A DNA stretch of 64,000 nucleotides, taken from assembly GCA_913048245.1 (NCBI GenBank), contig CAJWWR010000003.1, forward strand, positions 376 to 64,375, given 5' to 3'. Shown here piece after piece: positions 54,453 to 64,000 of this stretch (positions are counted from its first letter, which is position 1; every line of letters begins with the position of its first letter). The translations under genes and the position numbers were made by a program. The stretch comes from an uncultured Prochlorococcus sp. GTDB taxonomy: Bacteria; Cyanobacteriota; Cyanobacteriia; PCC-6307; Cyanobiaceae. The notes under the pieces were generated by a model. It saw nothing but the letters and a program-made list of their open reading frames with translations. It searched no databases and was not told where the DNA came from.

Positions 54453-55826
54453 TTACTTACCAATGCAGAATTTTGAGAAAATATTGTTTAATAATTGTTC
54501 TGTTAATTCTTCACCAGTTAATATTGATATGTTCTTTATTGCTTCCCTCAATTCTATAGAAAGTAAATCGAATGGTAATTTATTAGAAATAATGTAATCA
54601 GTATCATCCAAATTGATTAGACAATTTTGAAGATTCATTATTTGTCTATCGTTTAATAATATTTCCATATTATCTGATTCGTTGTTACCACATTTTTGAA
54701 CAATTTTATTGATTAATTCCTCCTCTCCTTTTTTATCTTTTATGCTCATTAAAGTGCAATTTTCAGGTAAATTGTGATCAATTTTATTTACTAAATCAAT
54801 CTTGTTAGCGAGGATAGTTATCAATTTATCAATTGGGATTTTATTAATTATCTTAAGATCATCATCATCTAAACCTTTTTGTATATCGAATATATAAATA
54901 ACATAATCTGCTTCAATCAGCATTTCTAAGCTTTTTTTAATTCCTATTTTTTCAATAATGTCATGAGAATCTCGAATCCCTGCTGTGTCAATAAATTTTA
55001 TAGGAATATTTTCAAGAGTTAAATTGACTTCAATTATATCTCTAGTAGTTCCAGGTATATCTGTAACTATAGCTTTATTTTGTTTGGCCAACATATTCAG
55101 TAGAGAGCTTTTACCCGCATTTGTCTTGCCAATTAATGCTATAGAAATACCATTATGTAAATAAGAATTTCTTTTTGAGTTTTCTATTAGTTTTTTTATC
55201 TTTTGTTTTGTTTTGTTTATATCTTTTTCGAATTTTGAGTAATTAAATTCTGTGAAATCCTCATCGAAATCTACTCTTGCTTCAATCTCAGATAGTTGTT
55301 CAATTAATTCATTTTTTAAAATATTTATTTGCGTTTTTACTTCTCCCAAAACTCCTTTAAAGGCTAATTCTGCCCCCCTAGTATTTTTGCTATTTATAAT
55401 CTGATTAATTGATTCTGCTTGAGTTAAATCAATTTTTCCATTTAAAAAAGCTCTTTGGCTAAATTCACCTGGATTTGCTAATCTTACTGTAGGCAGTTTT
55501 AAGATTAATTCTAAAATTTGATTAACGATAATTAGGCCACCATGGCAATGTATCTCGACAATATTCTCCCCTGTAAAACTATTAGGTGATTTCATTGCAA
55601 AAACTAAGACTTCATCTATTAGTTTTTTTTCATTAGGATCTCTGATGAAACCGTGAAAAATGCGATGAGATTCCCAGGCATATTTTGCTTTGCTTTTAAC
55701 AATGGTTTTGCATTGATCAATAGCTTCTGATCCTGAAACTCTAATAACTGCTACACCTCCTCTTCCAAAGGCAATAGCTGATGAAATTGCTGCTATTGTA
55801 TCAACTGTTGGAATTATAGAATTCAT
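54453..55826 (-). CDS. mnmE: tRNA modification GTPase MnmE (TrmE)
   Basis: [34 protein letters not shown]. Confidence 0.97.
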   Translation of the reverse strand: MNSIIPTVDTIAAISSAIAFGRGGVAVIRVSGSEAIDQCKTIVKSKAKYAWESHRIFHGFIRDPNEKKLIDEVLVFAMKSPNSFTGENIVEIHCHGGLIIVNQILELILKLPTVRLANPGEFSQRAFLNGKIDLTQAESINQIINSKNTRGAELAFKGVLGEVKTQINILKNELIEQLSEIEARVDFDEDFTEFNYSKFEKDINKTKQKIKKLIENSKRNSYLHNGISIALIGKTNAGKSSLLNMLAKQNKAIVTDIPGTTRDIIEVNLTLENIPIKFIDTAGIRDSHDIIEKIGIKKSLEMLIEADYVIYIFDIQKGLDDDDLKIINKIPIDKLITILANKIDLVNKIDHNLPENCTLMSIKDKKGEEELINKIVQKCGNNESDNMEILLNDRQIMNLQNCLINLDDTDYIISNKLPFDLLSIELREAIKNISILTGEELTEQLLNNIFSKFCIGK

Positions 55827-55859
55827 CTTTCGCCGAGTAAAATATAATTAGTTAAAATT

Positions 55860-56348
55860 ATGAATTCATTTGATGTGATTTTCAGAATGAAAATAATTAA
55901 GTATTTTAATAGTAAAAATATCTTATCATTTTTTAAGAAACATCAAAATAAGTCGCCTTTCTTCAATGCTAAGGGTATTGCAATAGGTGTCTTTAGTGGT
56001 TGTTTTCCATTCTTTGGATTTCAAACAATAATTGGTATTATTCTTGCAAAAATATTTAAAGGTAATTTACTTCTAGCAGCTATTTGTACTTGGGTTAGTA
56101 ACCCTTTTACTTATATTCCTTTGTATTTATTTAATTATAAAGTAGGTTCTTTTTTGATATCAAGTTCATCAATATTAGAGATTAAACCTAGTTTGATTGA
56201 TAACCAGATTTGGCAAAAAGGGTGGAATTTTACTATGAGTATGTTAATTGGATCTTTTTTTGTTGGTATAAATCTGGCAATTATTACTGGTTTGGGTGGT
56301 TATTTTTTTTATAAATATTTTTTAAAAAAAAATTCAAAAATCAATTAA
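55860..56348 (+). CDS. DUF2062-like membrane protein (start may be ATG 55887)
   Basis: AKGIAIGVFSGCFPFFGFQ, TWVSNPFTYIPLY. Confidence 0.82.
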   Translation: MNSFDVIFRMKIIKYFNSKNILSFFKKHQNKSPFFNAKGIAIGVFSGCFPFFGFQTIIGIILAKIFKGNLLLAAICTWVSNPFTYIPLYLFNYKVGSFLISSSSILEIKPSLIDNQIWQKGWNFTMSMLIGSFFVGINLAIITGLGGYFFYKYFLKKNSKIN

Positions 56349-58654
56349 TTTAATTTAATTCTTGCGATCTCGATAACATCAGCCATTGATTTAATTTGAT
56401 CAATTGTTTTATTAAGCTGATTATAGTTTTCGAGTTCAACGCATAGATTAATTATCGCAGGCTTACCTAAAGCTGTTTTGACTGTTGCATCGCTAACATT
56501 GATCTCTTTGTCAGATAATCGCAAAAGTATATCTTTAAGTATGCCAACTCTATCTATTACTTCTATACGTAATTGAACTGGGAATTTATTTTTTTCTTGT
56601 TTATTATATTCATTCCAGCTAACAGGTAATCTTCGTTCTATTGGAATAGGATTTATATTTTCGCAATCTTGTCTGTGGATTGTAATTCCATGATTTCCAA
56701 GAGAAACTGCACCAATAATTTCTTCACCAGGAAGAGGGGTACAGCATTTACCAAATCTATAATCAAGACCCTCTATTCCAGCAATTGGTGATTTTTGAAT
56801 TAATTTTTCCTTAAATTTAGAGGTTTTAGTTTGCTCTTTGATGCTTTTTGCTATTTCTACATCATTTAAGTTATTTGTATCTTCCGTTTGAATTCTTACT
56901 TCTTCTCTTAATCTATTTATAACTTGATGAAGTGTTAAACCACCATAACCAAGAGAAGATAATACATCTTCAGTACTTTTTAAATTACATCTTTGAGCTA
57001 CCTTCTTCATTGATTCGCTTGACATCAAAGTATCAAATCCATTTTTGCCAACTTCTTTCTCTAGTAATTCTCTTCCACGTTTAATAGTTTCTTCTCTATG
57101 ACTTTTTTTGTACCATTGTCTTATTCTGTTTTTTGCTGTCGGTGTTACAGCAAAATTTAGCCAATCTAGGCTAGGTTTAGAATTGTTGCTAGTAAGTATC
57201 TCAACAAAATCGCCATTTTTTAACAAAGTTGATAATGGTGATAGTTTTTCGTTAATCCTTATACCATTGCAGTGGTTACCTACTTCAGAATGAATTCTAT
57301 AAGCAAAGTCGATTGCTGTGGAACCTTTTCTAAGGCTAACAACATCTCCTTTAGGAGTTATTACAAAAACTTCCTCATCAAATAAATCTTCTTTGATTGA
57401 TGCTAAATAATCGCTGTGATCTTTTTCATTTCCTTCTTGTTGCCATTCCACTAGTTGTCTAAGCCAATTAAATCTTTCTGTATTTCCTGTAATTGGTGAG
57501 CCTCCTTCTTTATATTTCCAATGAGCGGCTATGCCAAACTCGGCTACTTGATGCATGGCTGAAGTTCTTATTTGTACTTCAATAGGTCTATGTCTGCCTA
57601 TTACAGAAGTGTGGAGTGATTGGTAACCATTTGCTTTCGGAAGCCCTATATAGTCTTTGAATCTTCCAGGAATAGGCTTAAATGTGTCATGAACAACTGC
57701 CAATGCTCTGTAACAGGAGTCACTATTTTTAACGATAATTCTAAGAGCTGCAACATCATAAATTTCATTAAATTGTTTTTGTTGCCTGACCATCTTGCTC
57801 CATATCCCATAAAGATGTTTAGGTCTTCCAGTAATTTCAAAATCGGTTAGCCCTGAATTCAGTAATTTTTCTTTAATTAAATTTAGAGTGACATTCAATC
57901 TCTTTTCTCTATCGCTTCTTTTAATAGCAATTTGATTCTTTAAATTTTCATAATCGTCAGCTTCAAGAAATTTAAAAGCAAGATCCTCTAATTCCCATTT
58001 AAATCTATTAATTCCCAATCTATTTGCTAATGGCGCATAAATTTCCCTTGTCTCACGTGCGATGCGTTTTTTCCTTTCAGAATTAAGCCACTCTATAGTC
58101 CTCATATTGTGGAGTCTATCGGCAAGCTTTACAAGAACTACTCTTATATCTCTAGACATAGCCAGAAACATCTTTCTTAGGTTTTCAGCTTGAGCTTCTG
58201 TTCTATTTGTGAAATGTATACCACCTAGTTTTGTAACGCCTTCGACTAATATTTTTACTTCAGTACCAAAATCTTTTTCAATTTCTGATAGAGGAACTCC
58301 TGTATCTTCGACAACATCGTGCAACAAGCCAGCTGCAATAACTGATGGACTTGCGCCTATTTCTTTTAAAAGATCAGCCACAGCAACAGGATGTATTATG
58401 TAGGGTTCTCCACTTGCTCTTAGTTGTCCACTATGTGCGTTAAAAGCTAGATGAAAAGCTTTAACTATTTTCTCACTCTCGGAATCATTGTTTATGGTGA
58501 TTTCTTGTGAGTTTTTTAAATAATCTTCTAGCCAACCAGGAATAAATATGCCGTATTCATGTGATTTACTTCCATATTGATTAATTTTAGGCACAATAGT
58601 TTTTGAAACCTTTTGGTTGTCTTTTTTGTTTGAATTTGATTCCGCTTCAAACAT
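56345..58654 (-). CDS. spoT: Bifunctional (p)ppGpp synthetase/hydrolase (Rel/SpoT)
   Basis: GEPYIIHP, LHDVVED (HD domain), KLADRLHNMRT, YQSLHT, TGS, CC and ACT domains. Confidence 0.96.
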   Translation of the reverse strand: MFEAESNSNKKDNQKVSKTIVPKINQYGSKSHEYGIFIPGWLEDYLKNSQEITINNDSESEKIVKAFHLAFNAHSGQLRASGEPYIIHPVAVADLLKEIGASPSVIAAGLLHDVVEDTGVPLSEIEKDFGTEVKILVEGVTKLGGIHFTNRTEAQAENLRKMFLAMSRDIRVVLVKLADRLHNMRTIEWLNSERKKRIARETREIYAPLANRLGINRFKWELEDLAFKFLEADDYENLKNQIAIKRSDREKRLNVTLNLIKEKLLNSGLTDFEITGRPKHLYGIWSKMVRQQKQFNEIYDVAALRIIVKNSDSCYRALAVVHDTFKPIPGRFKDYIGLPKANGYQSLHTSVIGRHRPIEVQIRTSAMHQVAEFGIAAHWKYKEGGSPITGNTERFNWLRQLVEWQQEGNEKDHSDYLASIKEDLFDEEVFVITPKGDVVSLRKGSTAIDFAYRIHSEVGNHCNGIRINEKLSPLSTLLKNGDFVEILTSNNSKPSLDWLNFAVTPTAKNRIRQWYKKSHREETIKRGRELLEKEVGKNGFDTLMSSESMKKVAQRCNLKSTEDVLSSLGYGGLTLHQVINRLREEVRIQTEDTNNLNDVEIAKSIKEQTKTSKFKEKLIQKSPIAGIEGLDYRFGKCCTPLPGEEIIGAVSLGNHGITIHRQDCENINPIPIERRLPVSWNEYNKQEKNKFPVQLRIEVIDRVGILKDILLRLSDKEINVSDATVKTALGKPAIINLCVELENYNQLNKTIDQIKSMADVIEIARIKLN

Positions 58655-58707
58655 ATGAAATCACCTTTTATTTATTTTATTGAGTATTAGTAAACTATGC
58701 TACATAA

Positions 58708-60309
58708 ATGATGAAAATCAATTCAAGAAAAATTGTTCAAGTCAAAAATCTAACTGTTAGATATTCGGCTCAGGAGAAAGCAGTGCTAAATAATCTGCAA
58801 ATTGATATAGAAAAGGGTAATCATTTAGCAATAATAGGTGCCTCGGGATGTGGAAAAAGTACATTTGCTAAATCTTTAGTTCAGATGTTGCCTTTAAATA
58901 CAATGTGTGATGGTCAAATTTTAATAAATGGTAAAGATCCTACTTTATTAAATCAAAGAGAATTGCAGATCTTTAGGAGAAATTCTTTTGGTTATATATA
59001 TCAAGATGCAATAAAAAAGTTGAATCCCCTTATGACTATTGGCGAGCATCTAACTGAGTTATTGCAGTTACATTTTGAGATAAAATCTAGGGTTTTAATT
59101 ACAAGAATGCTTGAGGAAATATTAGATAAAGTTGGGCTTGATCCTAAAAGATCTAATTCGTATCCTCATGAATTTAGTGGAGGAATGAGACAAAGAGTAT
59201 CCATCGCAATGGCTTTAGCTTTAAAGCCACCTTTACTCATTGCAGATGAACCTACTACTAGTCTTGATACCTGCTCAAGTTTCGTAATTATGAATCAACT
59301 CTTATCTTTATGCAAAGAATATGGAAGTACTCTTATTTTAATAAGTCATGATATTAGTCTTGCCAAGAAATGGTGCAAAAAACTAGCAATTATTGATCAA
59401 GGTATCATTCAAGAGCAAGGTGAAATAGAAAATATTTTTAAGAAACCAGTCTCTAGGATGGGCAAAATATTAGTTAAGGCTTCTTCAACAGATTTAATAA
59501 AAAATTCCCCTAGTGATAAGGCTCCAAAAAAAATAATTTTAGAGGTTCATAACTTAAGATATTGGTATAAATTAAATTATTCATTAATCCATCCGCAGTG
59601 GAATAAAGCTCTTAATGAGGTCAGTTTTAATTTATACGAAAAGGAAATACTTGGAATAGTTGGCATCTCCGGATGCGGCAAGAGTACTTTAAGTAGAGTT
59701 TTAAGTGGATTAATAAAATCGCGAGGGGGCTATTTTCATATAAAAAATAATCCAAATGAGATGCTTGAAAGGAAAACTATTTTAAATGCAAAAAGTATAC
59801 AAATGATTTTTCAAGATCCTTTCTCAAGTTTAAATCCCATGATGAATATAAAACAAATATTAGAAGACATTTGTTTGATACATAAAATTACAAACAAAAA
59901 TAAAATTCTCAAATTAATTAAAACAACATTATCAAGTTTAAATCTACCGACTGATAATAAGTTTATGAATTCTTATCCGAGTAATCTATCAGGAGGACAA
60001 TTACAAAGAATCGCAATGGCTAGAGCTCTATTAATAAAACCGAGAATCTTAATTTGTGATGAAAGTGTGAATATGTTAGATGCCTATGTAAAAATTGAAA
60101 TTCTTTGCCTTTTAAAAGATATCCAGAAAAAAATGAATTTATCAATAATTTTTATAACTCATGATTTAGGCCTGGCAAATAAATTTTGCGATAGGTTAAT
60201 TGTGATGGATAAGGGTAAGGTTGTTGAATCTGGTTGCCCACTTCAAATATTTAATTCTCCGCAACATAGTACTACAAAAAAACTCATAAATAGCTCATTA
60301 AATATTTAA
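58708..60309 (+). CDS. Fused double ABC ATPase, peptide/nickel transporter family (DppD/DppF-like)
   Basis: Two NBDs: GASGCGKS...YPHEFSGGMRQR...ADEPT and GISGCGKS...FQDP...LSGGQLQR...CDES. Confidence 0.92.
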   Translation: MMKINSRKIVQVKNLTVRYSAQEKAVLNNLQIDIEKGNHLAIIGASGCGKSTFAKSLVQMLPLNTMCDGQILINGKDPTLLNQRELQIFRRNSFGYIYQDAIKKLNPLMTIGEHLTELLQLHFEIKSRVLITRMLEEILDKVGLDPKRSNSYPHEFSGGMRQRVSIAMALALKPPLLIADEPTTSLDTCSSFVIMNQLLSLCKEYGSTLILISHDISLAKKWCKKLAIIDQGIIQEQGEIENIFKKPVSRMGKILVKASSTDLIKNSPSDKAPKKIILEVHNLRYWYKLNYSLIHPQWNKALNEVSFNLYEKEILGIVGISGCGKSTLSRVLSGLIKSRGGYFHIKNNPNEMLERKTILNAKSIQMIFQDPFSSLNPMMNIKQILEDICLIHKITNKNKILKLIKTTLSSLNLPTDNKFMNSYPSNLSGGQLQRIAMARALLIKPRILICDESVNMLDAYVKIEILCLLKDIQKKMNLSIIFITHDLGLANKFCDRLIVMDKGKVVESGCPLQIFNSPQHSTTKKLINSSLNI

Positions 60310-61268
60310 ATTCTTTTCTTAATAACTTTAATAAGCTTTTGTAATTCAGGGGGCATCTCAGCTTCGAAAATCATCTCATTACCTTTTATAGGATGAATTA
60401 GACCTAACTTATTAGCATGTAACGCTTGTCCGTTTAAAGAGCAAGGGATCTTTCTACATCTTCCATAAAGAGGATCTCCCACTATTGGATGATTTATATG
60501 CGAACAATGAACTCTAATTTGATGAGTCCTGCCGGTATCAAGCTTAAAGCTAATTAATGAATAATTTCCAAAATTTTCAATGAACTTCCAATGCGTGCAT
60601 GCATATCTTCCTGATTCATTTTTAACTACTGCATATTTTTTTCTATTTGAGGGATGTCTACCAATATTGCCAACAATTGTACCTTCTGATTTTTGAGGTA
60701 CTCCATGTACTATTGCTAAATAATTTCTTGATGCAATTTTATTTTTAATTTGAAGTTGAAGATTAACTAATGATTCTTGACTTTTTGCTACAACCATACA
60801 ACCAGATGTATCTTTATCTAGTCTATGTACAATTCCTGGTCTTAATTTTCCATTAATACCAGGAAGATTTTTGCAATGAGCCAATAATCCATTGACTAAG
60901 GTTCCTGTTTTGTGGCCTGGTGCGGGATGTACAGTTAAACCTGAAGGTTTATTGACCACAATAATATGCTCATCTTCAAATAAGATATCTAAATTCATTT
61001 TCTCAGGACTTAGATAAGGTAATGGTTCCGGAGGTGGTAACCATAGTTGAACATTATCATCTTTTTTTAAAGGTGTTTTAGCTTTGGCTCTTTTATAATT
61101 GATAAGTACAAGACCTGAATTGATTAAATTCTGTATACTTGACCTACTTTGTTCTGTTCTCTGACTTACTAACCATCTATCTAAGCGCATTGGAAGAGGA
61201 TGGTTATATGTGATTTCAATTAGCTCCCCTTCTCCAACTCCAAAAGGCTCTTCATTTGGCAGGTTCAT
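60306..61268 (-). CDS. rluD: RluA/RluD-family 23S rRNA pseudouridine synthase with S4 domain
   Basis: RLDRWL, NKPSGL, GIVHRLDKDTSG, TGRTHQIRVH, GDPLYG. Confidence 0.9.
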   Translation of the reverse strand: MNLPNEEPFGVGEGELIEITYNHPLPMRLDRWLVSQRTEQSRSSIQNLINSGLVLINYKRAKAKTPLKKDDNVQLWLPPPEPLPYLSPEKMNLDILFEDEHIIVVNKPSGLTVHPAPGHKTGTLVNGLLAHCKNLPGINGKLRPGIVHRLDKDTSGCMVVAKSQESLVNLQLQIKNKIASRNYLAIVHGVPQKSEGTIVGNIGRHPSNRKKYAVVKNESGRYACTHWKFIENFGNYSLISFKLDTGRTHQIRVHCSHINHPIVGDPLYGRCRKIPCSLNGQALHANKLGLIHPIKGNEMIFEAEMPPELQKLIKVIKKRI

Positions 61269-62131
61269 TCTGGCACCTCAAGAGATATTTTACCTAACAT
61301 TTGATTCCTGAAATCTTCTAATAGTTTATGAGCCATTCTCCTACTGTCACCCGAAGTATGTTTTTCTGCAGTATCTAAAATCCATTGTTCCGGACTGCCT
61401 ATTGCATCCATTAAATTTATACCATATCTATCTGTGAATTTTTTTATTGAGATGTTCGCATTTTTATTCTCATACAAAGAAAAAATTATTTTTAAGAATG
61501 CAATTGCTACGCTCTCTACATCATAACCAGCTTCACCAATGTCATCGCATATTGCAAGATTAAGTGCGGATTTTTGATCTTCTAGATTTGGAGGAATAAC
61601 CCCAGGGGCATCTAATAAATCTATACCATTTTCCAATCTTATCCATCTTAGGCTTCTTGTAACTCCAGCCTTTCTTGCACTTTCAACTACTTTCTTATTT
61701 GCTATTCTATTTATCAATGCTGACTTTCCTACATTTGGGAATCCTAATGTTAAAGCTCTTATAGCCCTTGGCTTCATGCCTCTAGAAATTCTTCTTTCGT
61801 CTATTGATGCTCGAGCAATCTTTGCGGATTGACATATTTCTTTGATACCTGATCCTTCTTTTGCATTGCACCAAAGTACTTGTGAATCTGCCCTGGTGAA
61901 CCAATTATCCCAAGCTTCTAAAGTGCTTTTAGAAATCATATCAGCTTTATTGATTACTAGAATATGCTTTTTATTTTCTAGCCATTTATTTAAGTGTCGA
62001 TGCCCAGTTGAGAGAGGAATCCTAGCATCTCTTACTTCGATTATTAGATCAACTCTGTTGATGATTTCAGATAATTTCTTTTCTGCTTTTGCAATATGGC
62101 CTGGATACCATTGTATTCTGGGTATTTCCAC
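61265..62131 (-). CDS. ylqF: Ribosome biogenesis GTPase RbgA/YlqF
   Basis: IQWYPGH, DARIP, NKAD, GFPNVGKS, DAPG (circularly permuted GTPase). Confidence 0.95.
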   Translation of the reverse strand: MEIPRIQWYPGHIAKAEKKLSEIINRVDLIIEVRDARIPLSTGHRHLNKWLENKKHILVINKADMISKSTLEAWDNWFTRADSQVLWCNAKEGSGIKEICQSAKIARASIDERRISRGMKPRAIRALTLGFPNVGKSALINRIANKKVVESARKAGVTRSLRWIRLENGIDLLDAPGVIPPNLEDQKSALNLAICDDIGEAGYDVESVAIAFLKIIFSLYENKNANISIKKFTDRYGINLMDAIGSPEQWILDTAEKHTSGDSRRMAHKLLEDFRNQMLGKISLEVPE

Positions 62132-62348
62132 AAAATTGAATTAGATTAAATGTTCAAGTTTTCAAACTTGATAAATATCAGCATATCTTATTCAATAATA
62201 TACTAAATTTCTTTTTCTATAAGAAAACTTCTTGGGTTGTATAGGTTTAAATTTTTAAATTTTATTAAGTACTAAGTAATAGTTAATGCATATGCACCCA
62301 ATCGTCCTTAAAAATCGTTAGGGTCTCAAGGTTGACTATGTAGTATTC

Positions 62349-63557
62349 ATGACAAAATTATCACTTTCAAGTTTAAAGAAATCTGAGTTAGAATCAAAAA
62401 AAGTTTTAGTAAGAGTAGACTTTAATGTTCCACTTGATGAAAGTGGGCAAATTACTGACGATACAAGAATCAAAGCGGCGATACCAACTATAAGCTATCT
62501 CATTGATAATTCAGCCAAAATAATTTTGGCTGCTCATTTTGGACGACCAAAAGGTAAAGTAAATGAAAAAATGAGACTTACACCTGTTGCTGAAAGGTTA
62601 AGTTCTATTCTTAACAAACCAGTAAAATTATCCAATAACTGTGTTGGTGAAGAAGCCCTTTCTTTATCTAATAGTCTAATGGATGGAGATGTTTTATTAC
62701 TCGAAAATGTACGTTTTCATGAAGAGGAAGAAAAAAATAACTCTCAATTTGCCAAGAGTCTAGCTGCCCACGCTGACATGTACGTAAATGATGCCTTTGG
62801 CGCAGCGCATAGAGCGCATGCTTCAACCGAAGGGGTTACTAAATTCTTGAGTCCATCTGTTGCAGGTTTCTTACTTGAGAAAGAGCTTAAATATCTTCAG
62901 GGAGCAATAGATGCCCCCAAAAGACCGCTTGCTGCTATTGTTGGGGGATCTAAAGTAAGTAGTAAAATAGGAGTATTAGACTCTTTGTTGGATAAATGTG
63001 ACAAGATAATAATTGGTGGTGGGATGATTTTTACTTTTTATAAAGCAAGAGGTCTGGATGTTGGTAAAAGTCTTGTGGAAGAAGATAAGCTTGAGCTGGC
63101 AAGAAACTTAGAAACTAAAGCAAAAAATAAGGGCGTACAACTTCTTCTGCCTACAGATGTTGTACTTGCAGATAGTTTTTCTCCAAATGCAGTTAGCAAG
63201 GTTTGCTCTATTGACTCCATCAATGGTGACTGGATGGGCCTTGATATTGGACCTGAATCTATTGCAACATTTCAAGAAGCACTAAAAGACTGTAAGACAA
63301 TAATTTGGAATGGCCCAATGGGTGTTTTTGAATTTGATAAGTTCGCACAAGGGACGAATGCTATTGCTCAAACTTTAGCCCAGTTAAGCAATTCTTCTGA
63401 TACTTGCACCATTATTGGAGGTGGTGATTCTGTTGCCGCAGTAGAGAAAGCAGGATTAGCTGATAAGATGTCACACATATCTACTGGTGGGGGAGCTAGT
63501 CTTGAGCTTCTTGAAGGAAAAGTTCTGCCAGGAGTAGCATCATTAGATAATTTATAA
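62349..63557 (+). CDS. pgk: Phosphoglycerate kinase
   Basis: [42 protein letters not shown]. Confidence 0.98.
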   Translation: MTKLSLSSLKKSELESKKVLVRVDFNVPLDESGQITDDTRIKAAIPTISYLIDNSAKIILAAHFGRPKGKVNEKMRLTPVAERLSSILNKPVKLSNNCVGEEALSLSNSLMDGDVLLLENVRFHEEEEKNNSQFAKSLAAHADMYVNDAFGAAHRAHASTEGVTKFLSPSVAGFLLEKELKYLQGAIDAPKRPLAAIVGGSKVSSKIGVLDSLLDKCDKIIIGGGMIFTFYKARGLDVGKSLVEEDKLELARNLETKAKNKGVQLLLPTDVVLADSFSPNAVSKVCSIDSINGDWMGLDIGPESIATFQEALKDCKTIIWNGPMGVFEFDKFAQGTNAIAQTLAQLSNSSDTCTIIGGGDSVAAVEKAGLADKMSHISTGGGASLELLEGKVLPGVASLDNL

Positions 63558-64000
63558 TTCGTCAGTAATTTCTACTGTTTTTGTAAATGATATAATTCCT
63601 TCTTTATGAGCAATAACTCCTGTCCAAACTTGATAACCAGGCTGACTACTAGCACGAGTTGTTTTGAAAATGCCTCCCGCAAGCAAAGGCTCTAAAACAA
63701 TATTTTGATCAAATAAGTTATTTTCATTATGTGCCATTAAACCACCAGCGTATATTTCTGAACCAAGAGGTGGATTGATAATGATATCAAGATAATAATT
63801 TGAACCTGATAAAACTTTGTTGGGAATGTCAATATTAATATCTATAAAGTCTTTATCATTTCTTATTGTAGTTAGGTCATTCTTTATTATACCACCAGAA
63901 ATTTTTCCATTTATTAACTGGAAGTAATAGTCGAAATTTGATTCTAAATAGAATTTTTCTCCATTAACTAATTTTGTACCAGTTAATTTTACTGTTATGA
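63552..64000 (-). CDS. Conserved cyanobacterial hypothetical protein, C-terminal part (5' end outside the window)
   Basis: Checked by hand: the frame of the 61-aa track ORF stays open to the window edge (...ITVKLTGTK...[11 protein letters not shown]...[13 protein letters not shown]...[15 protein letters not shown]). Confidence 0.82.
   Translation of the reverse strand, partial: ITVKLTGTKLVNGEKFYLESNFDYYFQLINGKISGGIIKNDLTTIRNDKDFIDINIDIPNKVLSGSNYYLDIIINPPLGSEIYAGGLMAHNENNLFDQNIVLEPLLAGGIFKTTRASSQPGYQVWTGVIAHKEGIISFTKTVEITDEL

Noticed and set aside
55819-55869. Mirror-image ATGAATTC starts of mnmE and the DUF2062 gene (both begin M-N-S)
   Set aside because: Only an 8-bp AT-rich inverted match, and the DUF2062 start is uncertain; most likely chance.
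63552-63737. Stand-alone 61-aa protein
   Set aside because: The frame stays open to the window edge, so this is the tail of a longer gene.

Overview
Low-GC, gene-dense core chromosome of a streamlined marine picocyanobacterium, most likely a Prochlorococcus. The gene order holB-tmk-ctaA-ycf3-radA-rpaB-plsX ... ndh ... men ... prfB ... spoT ... pgk matches what I recall for high-light strains; I could not verify that by search. About 69 CDS tile the window almost without gaps, covering fatty-acid and lipid synthesis, carotenoid synthesis, NDH-1 subunits, the phylloquinone (men) cluster, and amino-acid, cofactor and translation genes. I found no rRNA, tRNA, CRISPR array, integrase, transposase, prophage or defence system, and no convincing new multi-gene system. 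The points most worth a second look are small-scale: the programmed +1 frameshift in prfB (mis-called by the ORF track) with two SD-like motifs and an upstream inverted repeat; a ~106-aa repeat-containing N-terminal extension on PlsX; a nucleotidyltransferase that looks CC-adding rather than CCA-adding; a 61-aa ORF overlapping the Cys-Cys tail of PedR in antisense; a probable non-canonical start for scpA; a secreted MBL-fold protein lacking HxHxDH; a very AT-rich membrane-anchored unknown protein; and a few dyad elements in divergent promoters.
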